Shown here: one piece after another, positions 36,910 to 44,479 of the stretch | Position numbering within the stretch: position 1 is the first letter of the stretch | How the letters are laid out: each line of letters begins with the position of its first letter | IMG/VR virus record: IMGVR_UViG_3300031992_000041 | Location: 64,001 to 108,489 of that record | Strand: one strand, 5' to 3' | Source of the DNA: a virus | Taxonomy: Duplodnaviria > Heunggongvirae > Uroviricota > Caudoviricetes | DNA: 44,489 bases | The notes under the pieces: model-generated | Told to the model about the DNA's origin: nothing | Seen by the model: only the letters and a program-made list of their open reading frames with translations | Databases searched by the model: none | Position numbers and translations under genes: made by a program

Positions 36910-36926
36910 GCAATTCGTGCTGGGCG
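36910..36926 (+). repeat. Left terminal 17-bp inverted repeat / recombination site
   Basis: GCAATTCGTGCTGGGCG equals the reverse complement of 44473-44489. Confidence 0.9.
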
Positions 36927-37192
36927 TTGGAACTCGTATATATAGTTCCGCTGACTTGGATAGTTTGTCTAATGGCGTATATGGATGGAATACCAACGGC
37001 GAGACGCCTACTCACTCTCCATTTACTGGCGGTGGCACTGTATTGCAATATGGAGATTGGGTGAAGACACAGATTTGCCAATCCTATGGTGGAGCAACGT
37101 ATAGCAGGAACAAACAAGGCTCTGGGGACTGGACTTCTTGGGTGCGTTGCGATAACTATGGAACATCGACACCTGCCGACCTCGCTTCACTG
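36920..37192 (+). CDS. Cassette C1 (knob-like domain plus linker, read-through into C2)
   Basis: LGVGTRIYSSADLDSLSNGVYGW...SRNKQGSGDWTSWVRCDNYGTSTPADLASL; no stop. Confidence 0.8.
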
Positions 37193-37480
37193 CTGGGCGC
37201 GTTATGCTTTAACAAGATTGGTAACACTAATCCAGACAACGTCCATCATACTATGTTTTTTAGGTTTGGAGGCTATACGGTAAAACACTCGTCAGGTTCT
37301 TATGCTGGAGCCTATGGTCTCGGTGTGTCTTTTGTGGAGGAAGGTGTAAGCGATACATACTATGACGAATTTATTTTGGTTCACAACACCGACACCATCT
37401 ATTATCGTAGTGCGACTATCGCCAATAATGGTACTTTGGATTGGAGTACCATAAATTGGAAAACAGTGACAAGTGTATAA
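37193..37480 (+). CDS. Cassette C2
   Basis: Starts at CTGGGCG; LGALCFNKIGN...IYYRSATIANNGTLDWSTINWKTVTSV*; hairpin 37491-37508 follows. Confidence 0.8.
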   Translation: MGALCFNKIGNTNPDNVHHTMFFRFGGYTVKHSSGSYAGAYGLGVSFVEEGVSDTYYDEFILVHNTDTIYYRSATIANNGTLDWSTINWKTVTSV

Positions 37481-37509
37481 CAAAACAAGAGGGAGGCTCA
37501 GGCCTCCCA

Positions 37510-37737
37510 TTATTGCGTCACTTTTGTTGCTTGTATACTTGCCCAAGAAATCCACGAGCCATTTAAACCAAATCTCGTCCTAAATAGCACATTAGGGTTG
37601 CCTGCATAGTCGTTTGGTACATATACTTGCAAAGTAATTATATTGTTTGTTGCAGCAATTACTATAAACATCCCCCATTTGTAGATAGCCCCCGGTATTC
37701 TGACGTCTGCATTATCCATTCTATAAACTCCTGGGCG
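37510..37737 (-). pseudogene. Cassette C3, 5'-truncated by the site at 37731
   Basis: RPGVYRMDNADVRIPGAIYKWGMF...FRTRFGLNGSWISWASIQATKVTQ*; in-frame stop just upstream, no site of its own. Confidence 0.7.
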
Positions 37738-37991
37738 GAATAGTTACAGAACTTGGTTCATCAGATGATCTATTCGACCTGCCTTACCCAGGCTATTATT
37801 ATTGGAATTCAATATCCCAGGCACCGGCGAATACACCAAATGGAGGACCCCAAGGTAGTTATGTCGAGTATCGTGCTTACATGTCTATCAAAACACTGAG
37901 AGTATACAACAATGGAGGAAGGATTTACACCAATATCTATTGGAACGGATGGAAAGGTTGGAATCAAGTCACATTGACACCGGTTTCGTGA
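37731..37991 (+). CDS. Cassette C4
   Basis: Hand translation LGGIVTELGSSDDLFDLPYPGYYYW...IYTNIYWNGWKGWNQVTLTPVS*; hairpin 37996-38016. Confidence 0.8.
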   Translation: MGGIVTELGSSDDLFDLPYPGYYYWNSISQAPANTPNGGPQGSYVEYRAYMSIKTLRVYNNGGRIYTNIYWNGWKGWNQVTLTPVS

Positions 37992-38019
37992 TAAGAGGTA
38001 GGGCCAAGCCCTACCTTTT

Positions 38020-38298
38020 TTATTGAACGGTTGGGATTTCAATCCATGTAGATGGCCACACAAAATCTTGCCCCTTTGGAGTGTACTTACACCTATAATA
38101 TTTCTTTCCGTTACCAATATATGTTATTTCTTGATAAGCATAGTCTCTAACAATTATACACCTGCCCAAACCATAGCAACCGATTAACCCATTGATAGTC
38201 TGCTGACCAAACCGAAACAAGGTATTTTGCTCACCTGCCATATCATCTAAATTTGTAATAGGATTATTTGGGGCAATTACGATAGAAATTACGCCCAG
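38020..38298 (-). CDS. Cassette C5
   Basis: LGVISIVIAPNNPITNLDD...YYRCKYTPKGQDFVWPSTWIEIPTVQ*. Confidence 0.8.
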   Translation of the reverse strand: MGVISIVIAPNNPITNLDDMAGEQNTLFRFGQQTINGLIGCYGLGRCIIVRDYAYQEITYIGNGKKYYRCKYTPKGQDFVWPSTWIEIPTVQ

Positions 38299-38306
38299 AA
38301 TTCGCG

Positions 38307-38579
38307 CTGGGTGGCACAATACAAGGAATAGTTACTCCTGATACCTATGATAGTGCGGACAAAAACGGCTTATATCAAGTAAATGGGTCAAGCGCAACAG
38401 ACCCTATTCTTGACTGGGGACGTCTATTCACGGCTGTTCAAGGTGTAACCCATTGTCTTCAAATCAAATATTGTGCCAATGCTAAAACAATTATTATAAG
38501 GTACAAATACAAAACCTCTTCCATGAGTGCTGCCGAGTGGACTGCGTGGAGTAAAGTAAATGTAACCGCTCTCACATAG
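38307..38579 (+). CDS. Cassette C6 (site variant CTGGGTG)
   Basis: Hand translation LGGTIQGIVTPDTYDSADKNGLYQV...IRYKYKTSSMSAAEWTAWSKVNVTALT*. Confidence 0.8.
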   Translation: MGGTIQGIVTPDTYDSADKNGLYQVNGSSATDPILDWGRLFTAVQGVTHCLQIKYCANAKTIIIRYKYKTSSMSAAEWTAWSKVNVTALT

Positions 38580-38595
38580 AGGGCGGTTATTACAT

Positions 38596-38928
38596 CTGGG
38601 CGTTCCTGATATTAGTGGATTATTCAATGCATTCAATATTCCAGCAAACTCAGACTTAAATGATTTGACTAGTTATCCTTGCTACAAAAGTCCAGGACAA
38701 TCGGTAAGTTCAACATTGTCAAACATACCATCTGACTTAACCACATCGGTTGGCTTTATTCTTCTTAACTTTAAGCCTTATACAGGTGTATCATATTCAG
38801 TCCAAGTCATATTGCAAACTGTATTCGATAGGACAACAACTCCGAAGATTTGGGCGCGTGGACAGACCGACCATTTGGATAATAGCAAGTGGACCGTTTG
38901 GGGGCGTGTATCATTGACAACAGTATAA
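38596..38928 (+). CDS. Cassette C7
   Basis: LGVPDISGLFNAFNIPANSDLNDLTSYPCY...IWARGQTDHLDNSKWTVWGRVSLTTV*; hairpin 38931-38956. Confidence 0.8.
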   Translation: MGVPDISGLFNAFNIPANSDLNDLTSYPCYKSPGQSVSSTLSNIPSDLTTSVGFILLNFKPYTGVSYSVQVILQTVFDRTTTPKIWARGQTDHLDNSKWTVWGRVSLTTV

Positions 38929-38954
38929 AAAGAGGTAGGATTAATTTTCTACCT

Positions 38955-39233
38955 CTATAATGTTCTCCAATCGGTCCACACTGAGTTATATCTGTACCTT
39001 GTATATATCATCCCGTTTCTGTCATAAAGAGTTTGCGTAATGTAATAATCCGATATATTGGCTACATCAAGGAAGAAACGTGTTGTGTTAAGAAAGCCTG
39101 TCGGAAGATTATTTGGAGCGGTTGTTAGGACATAAAACGTACTTGTTTTATATCCATCATTTCCTATCTCATTGTCTAAATCGGACGTTGCAGATGATTG
39201 AAATATCCGTGTCTTTATACCAACTGCGCCCAG
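38955..39233 (-). CDS. Cassette C8
   Basis: LGAVGIKTRIFQSSATSDLDN...IYTRYRYNSVWTDWRTL*. Confidence 0.8.
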   Translation of the reverse strand: MGAVGIKTRIFQSSATSDLDNEIGNDGYKTSTFYVLTTAPNNLPTGFLNTTRFFLDVANISDYYITQTLYDRNGMIYTRYRYNSVWTDWRTL

Positions 39234-39241
39234 AATTCGCG

Positions 39242-39535
39242 CTGGGCGGAATAAGCACAACTATAACATCAGATAATGACCTTGATAATATTACGGGAAC
39301 TGGTATCTACAAGTTTACTAATTCTACCCCTCAGAACAGTCCTGTTGAACTTGGTGTTGTTGTTGTTTTTTCAGCGCGTCTATCAGGAGATATCTATGGT
39401 GTCATCCAGTTTGCATCAGACACAAGAGGAGGGCGTAACAAAGAAAGAATAGTAAACATATATTACAGGGTCGCATGGACTAATGCTACTAACGGATGGA
39501 GTAAGTGGGCAATGATTAATACCACTGAGGTCTGA
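39242..39535 (+). CDS. Cassette C9
   Basis: LGGISTTITSDNDLDNITGTGIY...YYRVAWTNATNGWSKWAMINTTEV*; hairpin 39542-39564. Confidence 0.8.
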   Translation: MGGISTTITSDNDLDNITGTGIYKFTNSTPQNSPVELGVVVVFSARLSGDIYGVIQFASDTRGGRNKERIVNIYYRVAWTNATNGWSKWAMINTTEV

Positions 39536-39568
39536 TAATAAGAGGTGGGCTAACAACCCACCTCATTA

Positions 39569-39883
39569 TTATGATACAAATGCTATTTTCTTCCATTCAG
39601 TCCAAGTATACGGAGTTGACATATTAGTCACGTTCCTAATCCATATACCATCTAACTGAATGAATATCTGTGTCTCGAACGCAGTGATATCGCCATAAGG
39701 CTTAATGTTAATTACACTGAATCCATAATTTGTTGATGCTGTTTTTGGCATATTTACAACAGTCTTTGATATAGAAGCGGATTGACATCTGTAGGATGCC
39801 CTTAATGTCAATTGGTTCAAGTCATCATTACTGTTGATTTTTTCATCCGCTGCAATAGAGCCTACGACACATGCCACGCCCAG
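39569..39883 (-). CDS. Cassette C10
   Basis: LGVACVVGSIAADEKINSNDDLNQL...IWIRNVTNMSTPYTWTEWKKIAFVS*. Confidence 0.8.
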   Translation of the reverse strand: MGVACVVGSIAADEKINSNDDLNQLTLRASYRCQSASISKTVVNMPKTASTNYGFSVINIKPYGDITAFETQIFIQLDGIWIRNVTNMSTPYTWTEWKKIAFVS

Positions 39884-39885
39884 AA

Positions 39886-40155
39886 TCAAGAAAGAGTAAA
39901 CGTCTTCCAAGGTGAGAATGTTCCACCTACACTCCAAACATTACGAATCTTTATATAACGAAGTTGATAATCAAATTTTACCTGAATACCCCTTTTTGAT
40001 GTAGGGTAACCGGAAACACGACCAACTTTGACGTTGGTGTATAGAAGGAATATATCGTCTGTTATTCCTTGGTCATAACAATACCATCCAGGTTCGAGAG
40101 AACCTAAGAATTCGTCACTCTTATCTGTTATTGCGGTGTATATCACCCCGCCCAG
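39886..40155 (-). CDS. Cassette C11
   Basis: LGGVIYTAITDKSDEFLGSLEPGWY...KIRNVWSVGGTFSPWKTFTLS*; stop 2 bp before the next site. Confidence 0.8.
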   Translation of the reverse strand: MGGVIYTAITDKSDEFLGSLEPGWYCYDQGITDDIFLLYTNVKVGRVSGYPTSKRGIQVKFDYQLRYIKIRNVWSVGGTFSPWKTFTLS

Positions 40156-40163
40156 AAGGGGTT

Positions 40164-40454
40164 CTGGGCGGTATTACTACACCAATATCTCAAAATGACA
40201 ACATTGATAATTATCGAAATTGCGGGAGATTTGCATGCGCATCAAATGCAATAGCATCGACACTAACAGGGCTCCCGTCTGGCTATAATAGTGGAGGATT
40301 CATCTTATTCGTTCTTCCAAGTTCGCAATCTGATAACGGTTTTAGGATTCAGTTGATGGTTAATTATAGGTGTACTGCTGTATACATACGTGCTTATCAA
40401 AGCAATGTTTGGGAAGGTTGGCGTACAATAACAACAAATGCCGTAACAGCATAA
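40164..40454 (+). CDS. Cassette C12
   Basis: LGGITTPISQNDNIDNYRNCGRF...YIRAYQSNVWEGWRTITTNAVTA*; hairpin 40455-40480. Confidence 0.8.
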   Translation: MGGITTPISQNDNIDNYRNCGRFACASNAIASTLTGLPSGYNSGGFILFVLPSSQSDNGFRIQLMVNYRCTAVYIRAYQSNVWEGWRTITTNAVTA

Positions 40455-40519
40455 AGGATGTTAGCGCATACCAACATCCTACACAGACAAAGCAAATGGG
40501 AGGTATAAGCCTCCCTTTA

Positions 40520-40626
40520 CTATACTGGTGTATTTGTCAACTTGTACCAATCAGAAACAATGCTTGAACCTCCATTGATATCCCTGCAATATATTCTTAA
40601 AGTTGAATCTCGCACATAGAATTGCA
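40520..40626 (-). pseudogene. C13: orphan 3' fragment paralogous to C18
   Basis: LQFYVRDSTLRIYCRDINGGSSIVSDWYKLTNTPV* versus C18 VQFYVRDTSLNTYCRDINGGSGTISSWFKFTNTPVQ*; own hairpin 40498-40515. Confidence 0.75.
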
Positions 40627-40696
40627 AAGTTATGGTGTGCTTGTGTACGCTCTTCCGCATCGTCCTCCTTTGAACAGTGAACGAACAATAGAACCT

Positions 40697-40849
40697 CTTG
40701 GCGGTGAGGCTGATTTCGCAAATGTCACTACCTTAAAAATAATCAGGGGTTCAGATGGTTCGGCAGATATTGGTCATATCACCTTAACTAATTCATGTTC
40801 AGAACTAAGACAATTTCTCTATTCTTACATTCCAGTAAGAACAACATAA
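40697..40849 (+). pseudogene. C14: short cassette at variant site CTTGGCG
   Basis: LGGEADFANVTTLKIIRGSDGSADIGHITLTNSCSELRQFLYSYIPVRTT*; hairpin 40862-40882. Confidence 0.45.
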
Positions 40850-40895
40850 GTTAAGAAAAAGAAGGGAGGTACTTCCTCCCTTTTTTACACTGTCA

Positions 40896-41225
40896 TTAGA
40901 ACGACACTTTCTTTACGCTTAAAACTGCGGTTTTCCCGTTTTTTATGGTCACTGCAATAGTAAATCCGTCAGTCTGTGAGTTATTTTTTTCAATACTAAG
41001 CGTGGATGATGACAATGCCCCATTGCTCCATAAGACCTGTACGTCTTTCTGCCATGTCGCCCTGTCGCATACGGCCACAAGCAAATAGTTTTCTATGTTT
41101 TCTCCAATTAAATTGATGCTATATATCTTTATAGCAGACCCACCTCTTGCGCTTGTCCATTGATAACTCCCAGACACGCTAACAGAATCAGAAATAACCT
41201 CTGTCGTGTTGCCCACTCCGCCCAG
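40896..41225 (-). CDS. Cassette C15 (non-knob, beta-rich)
   Basis: LGGVGNTTEVISDSVSVSGSYQW...TAVLSVKKVSF*; lacks the terminal W-x-x-W. Confidence 0.75.
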   Translation of the reverse strand: MGGVGNTTEVISDSVSVSGSYQWTSARGGSAIKIYSINLIGENIENYLLVAVCDRATWQKDVQVLWSNGALSSSTLSIEKNNSQTDGFTIAVTIKNGKTAVLSVKKVSF

Positions 41226-41238
41226 CAATAATAATAAA

Positions 41239-41526
41239 TTATGTAATTAATGTCAATGATACTTGGTACCAGCCATCACTCCATCTTGTACCATTCCAAG
41301 TACGGATATATTCTTGAGGAAAAATATTGTTTGGATAGATTTTCTGAATCAATCGTGTACCATTTATATTGCTTGTTGGTAGTACTTCAAGCCTAAAACC
41401 AGAACCAACAACAGGACAATTTGCAAGCGTCGCGGCAGTAGCGGAATCAGTACAATAGTACGCTCCAATACCAATAATATCATTAAGATCTTGATTGGCA
41501 CTAATCTTTGTTGCTGTCCCGCCCAG
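41239..41526 (-). CDS. Cassette C16
   Basis: LGGTATKISANQDLNDIIGIGAYY...GFRLEV...YIRTWNGTRWSDGWYQVSLTLIT*. Confidence 0.8.
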   Translation of the reverse strand: MGGTATKISANQDLNDIIGIGAYYCTDSATAATLANCPVVGSGFRLEVLPTSNINGTRLIQKIYPNNIFPQEYIRTWNGTRWSDGWYQVSLTLIT

Positions 41527-41535
41527 CACGAGATT

Positions 41536-41811
41536 CTGGGCGTGTCGTGGATAACGATTTTTAAAAGTGGGGCTCTTTCTGAATGCTATCGAAACGGTTT
41601 GTATGCTATACAGTACAACAATGTTGCAGATATCACGGACATTCCTTGCAATGGACATGGATATATGATCACCCTGAGTGCTACGAACGTATCTTCCACA
41701 ACGTTTGCGCAACTATATGTCTCAATTGTTGGTAGAGCGTTTTTTCGTGTTAGAAATGGTGCTGTTGTTCTGTCTAACTGGAAAGAATTGACAGCAACGG
41801 GAATATCGTAA
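41536..41811 (+). CDS. Cassette C17
   Basis: LGVSWITIFKSGALSECYRNGLY...FFRVRNGAVVLSNWKELTATGIS*; hairpin 41813-41838. Confidence 0.8.
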   Translation: MGVSWITIFKSGALSECYRNGLYAIQYNNVADITDIPCNGHGYMITLSATNVSSTTFAQLYVSIVGRAFFRVRNGAVVLSNWKELTATGIS

Positions 41812-41836
41812 AAAAGGGAGGTTTTTTAGCCTCCCT

Positions 41837-42133
41837 TTACTGTACTGGTGTATTTGTAAACTTGAACCAGGAAGAAATTGTGCCTGAACCACCATTGATA
41901 TCCCTGCAATATGTATTTAAACTTGTATCTCGCACATAGAATTGCACAGAACTTCCACTAATAAATAGATTTATAAGAAAGCCAAAAGCACGTTCAGGCA
42001 TGTCTTGGAACTTACCTGTATTAATAACAGCCGTAGGCACAGCCATTAATATATTCTTTCTCAAACTTGCAATACCTTCAAATGTATCTGGCGTCGAGGA
42101 ATCGGAGGCTGCAAGTGTTACAAATGCGCCCAG
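41837..42133 (-). CDS. Cassette C18
   Basis: LGAFVTLAASDSSTPDTF...YCRDINGGSGTISSWFKFTNTPVQ*. Confidence 0.8.
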   Translation of the reverse strand: MGAFVTLAASDSSTPDTFEGIASLRKNILMAVPTAVINTGKFQDMPERAFGFLINLFISGSSVQFYVRDTSLNTYCRDINGGSGTISSWFKFTNTPVQ

Positions 42134-42213
42134 CGCACCAAAATATATCATAGTATTAGATTTAGAAATGATTGACAAGGCTCACTGTGGTGGGCCATTT
42201 TTCATATAAATAA

Positions 42214-42245
42214 TTTGGTAGTTTCAGATATTATTCCTATCTTTG
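42214..42245 (+). promoter_or_regulatory. Housekeeping promoter inside the array
   Basis: TTTG (42214-42217), 20 bp, TATCTTTG (42238-42245); preceded by a hairpin plus T-run at about 42179-42202. Confidence 0.7.
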
Positions 42246-42262
42246 CTGGCAAATAAAACATA

Positions 42263-42517
42263 ATGAATATGCAAACAGACATTAGTAACAAAGTACCACA
42301 AGGGACTTACGAAGTAGCCACACGAGAAACTTTTCCTGGAAAAGTAATGTTTTCTGATGAAAGTATAATACTGACCCCTGAGAATGATAGTAACAAACAA
42401 ACGAGGCTATATTCCGACAATAATAAACATGAGATAAGGATTTCCACTCGTCACAGGAAAGATGAAAAGCATCCTTGGAGTGAGTGGGAATTGAAGTCTA
42501 CTATATCTAATAGATAA
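42263..42517 (+). CDS. Stand-alone small protein with its own ATG and promoter
   Basis: 84 aa, no CTGGGCG site; ends ISTRHRKDEKHPWSEWELKSTISNR; hairpin 42519-42545. Confidence 0.7.
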   Translation: MNMQTDISNKVPQGTYEVATRETFPGKVMFSDESIILTPENDSNKQTRLYSDNNKHEIRISTRHRKDEKHPWSEWELKSTISNR

Positions 42518-42559
42518 TAAAAGGAAGGCGATGAGCCTCCCTTTTATCTATTATAAATC

Positions 42560-42823
42560 TTACTGTCTTAATGTTACTTCCACTTTGTACCAAGGCTTCC
42601 ATTCGTTGTTCCACATAACTCTAAATCCAAGGCCTGAAACTTCAATATTGTTTGGCCACTGAAGTTGAAAAATTTGTGTCCCTGCTTTCCAAACTAAGAG
42701 CAGCGAGCCTTGTGGTCTGAAATTATTTAATGGAGCAGTACCACTGCCAGACCACGAATATACACCTGCACTTACAATATTATTTAGGTCGTTTTGATTT
42801 GTAATGATAGTTGCTTCGCCCAG
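42560..42823 (-). CDS. Cassette C19
   Basis: LGEATIITNQNDLNNIVSAGVYSW...FRVMWNNEWKPWYKVEVTLRQ*. Confidence 0.8.
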   Translation of the reverse strand: MGEATIITNQNDLNNIVSAGVYSWSGSGTAPLNNFRPQGSLLLVWKAGTQIFQLQWPNNIEVSGLGFRVMWNNEWKPWYKVEVTLRQ

Positions 42824-43007
42824 AACTTCCACCAATAAATAGATTTATAAGAAAGCCAAAAGCACGTTCAGGCATGTCTTGGAACTTACCTGTATTAATA
42901 ACAGCCGTAGGCACAGCCATTAATATATTCTTTCTCAACCCTGCAATACCTTCAAATGTATCTGGCGTCGAGGATTCGGAGGCTGCAAGTGTTACAAATG
43001 CGCCCAG
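42824..43007 (-). pseudogene. C20: 3'-truncated near-identical copy of C18
   Basis: 4 mismatches to 41950-42133 over 184 bp; joined out of frame to the C19 site. Confidence 0.85.
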
Positions 43008-43016
43008 AACCACAAT

Positions 43017-43196
43017 TCAAGGCAGCGCGATTCCTTCATGTTTAATCCATGGCCCCCATATTTCTCCATTGAGAGTCCTATGGTAAAACGTATTTTTTGC
43101 AGTTGTACCAGCCGTCAAACGTTGCACAATATGAGTAGTAGTCGTACCCATGACAAGAACCTCTAAGACGAAGCCATCTCGGGTTAACTCTTCTGG
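43017..43196 (-). pseudogene. C21: 5'-truncated cassette
   Basis: Hand translation PEELTRDGFVLEVLVMG...FYHRTLNGEIWGPWIKHEGIALP*; cut by the plus-strand site at 43193. Confidence 0.75.
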
Positions 43197-43489
43197 GCGG
43201 TATTCCTCAAACTATCATTAACGACGGTAGCCCAAATTTAGATCTCAATACTTTATTTACATGTGGTATCTATGCGGTAGCAAAATCATCCGCTTGGCCA
43301 AATATTTACAACAAGCCTACAGGCGTTTTGACAGGTGGTAACATTATAGTACTTGTTGGAGGAAACAACAGTTACAGATTACAGATTATCATATCGTTAA
43401 ACGGCATGATTTTCTTAAGATACATCCATACCGATTCTGCCAACAACACCCACTGGTTCAAGATTCAACTGACAGATGACGGACAATAG
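43193..43489 (+). CDS. Cassette C22
   Basis: Hand translation LGGIPQTIINDGSPNLDLNTLFTCGIY...FLRYIHTDSANNTHWFKIQLTDDGQ*. Confidence 0.8.
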   Translation: MGGIPQTIINDGSPNLDLNTLFTCGIYAVAKSSAWPNIYNKPTGVLTGGNIIVLVGGNNSYRLQIIISLNGMIFLRYIHTDSANNTHWFKIQLTDDGQ

Positions 43490-43508
43490 AAGAGGAGGGC
43501 AAAGAAAC

Positions 43509-43562
43509 TTAAACGAGGTAAAAGGTTGCACCTTCATTAATAAGAAAGTTTTTAACGCCAAG
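43509..43562 (-). pseudogene. C23: 17-aa mini-cassette at variant site CTTGGCG
   Basis: LGVKNFLINEGATFYLV*. Confidence 0.55.
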
Positions 43563-43572
43563 CACGAGATTT

Positions 43573-43836
43573 CTGGGCGTGTTGCCTATCCTTAATAGCA
43601 ATGGTACAATCACTGACTTGGATACTTTGAGTAACCCAAGTGGGTGGTATAAATTTAACGCTTCACAGAATGTTGCCAATGTCCCAACTAGTTTTACTGA
43701 TGGATTCGTTTGGATAATGAGAACTTCTGACAACAACATTTTCCAAATGGCTCTTAAATATGATTTTTCTATGTTTGTGATTAGACTTAAATGGGGACAA
43801 AATTGGACTAATTGGAAGAGTATATCATTATCATAA
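43573..43836 (+). CDS. Cassette C24
   Basis: LGVLPILNSNGTITDLDTLSNPSGWY...IRLKWGQNWTNWKSISLS*; hairpin 43840-43863. Confidence 0.8.
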   Translation: MGVLPILNSNGTITDLDTLSNPSGWYKFNASQNVANVPTSFTDGFVWIMRTSDNNIFQMALKYDFSMFVIRLKWGQNWTNWKSISLS

Positions 43837-43864
43837 ACAAGAGGTGGGTTAATGCCCACCTCTA

Positions 43865-44173
43865 TTATGCTTTAACCCAGTCTGTCCATTCAGAATTTAA
43901 ACCAGCCCTATAGACGCGCAGATAAACGCCGTTATTTCCAAAAGACTGCATACCGACACCCGTAACGAATAAAACTTGAACCGACCTTGAATTGACATTC
44001 CATCCATAGGAAAGCAAAAGTGCCTGGTCTTTGGTAATACCTGTAGGGCCGTTAACCCAATTGTTCTCGTTGGTAATATAATATAAACCGTAGTCTATGG
44101 CTTGGTTGAAGTCAAAGTTTGGGACAGGACCTCTTCTCTTGAGATAGCCCGTTATAAGATTATCCCCGCCCAG
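43865..44173 (-). CDS. Cassette C25
   Basis: LGGDNLITGYLKRRGPVPNFDFNQAIDYGLYY...YLRVYRAGLNSEWTDWVKA*. Confidence 0.8.
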   Translation of the reverse strand: MGGDNLITGYLKRRGPVPNFDFNQAIDYGLYYITNENNWVNGPTGITKDQALLLSYGWNVNSRSVQVLFVTGVGMQSFGNNGVYLRVYRAGLNSEWTDWVKA

Positions 44174-44479
44174 CGCGGAGGCAAGTTGTGCTAAATATGT
44201 TGGTCTTGTAAGAATGTCTGTTGAATAATCCATAATCCAATCACTCCAAGTTGGAGTTGGAGCGTTAGTTACCATAGTTCTTTTATAGGTAATTCCTTCT
44301 GCCATCTTTATAAAGTACTGTATAGTATAATTATTTGCGACTTCTACATACAAAACTCCATAGGTGTTTACAGGCCAATAAGTACCTTGGTATGCATATA
44401 TTCTATATTTACCTTGCGTCCGTAATGCGTCAATGTCAGCATCTGTCTTGTTCCCATAATCAATTGTGTTAGCGCCCAG
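44174..44479 (-). CDS. Cassette C26 (knob-like domain plus linker, read-through into C25); frame stays open to the right edge
   Basis: LGANTIDYGNKTDADIDALRTQGKY...YKRTMVTNAPTPTWSDWIMDYSTDILTRPTYLAQLASA; upstream codons CAA TTC GTG up to the window end. Confidence 0.8.

Noticed and set aside
36896-36919. TTG start (MSRLRQFV) making C1+C2 an independent gene
   Set aside because: In-frame stop at 36887-36889, weak start, no promoter seen; best read as the silent end of the array, although read-through from the recombinase is not excluded
41837-43007. Diversity-generating retroelement template/variable repeat pair
   Set aside because: No reverse transcriptase in the window, and two of the four differences (T>A, T>G) are not at adenines
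37086-43859. ORF-track starts and antisense ORFs in the array (e.g. 38020-38319, 39113-39535, 39569-39937, 41239-41712, 43509-43859)
   Set aside because: The N-terminal extensions run across back-to-back sites and are the antisense of the neighbouring cassette; true boundaries are the CTGGGCG sites
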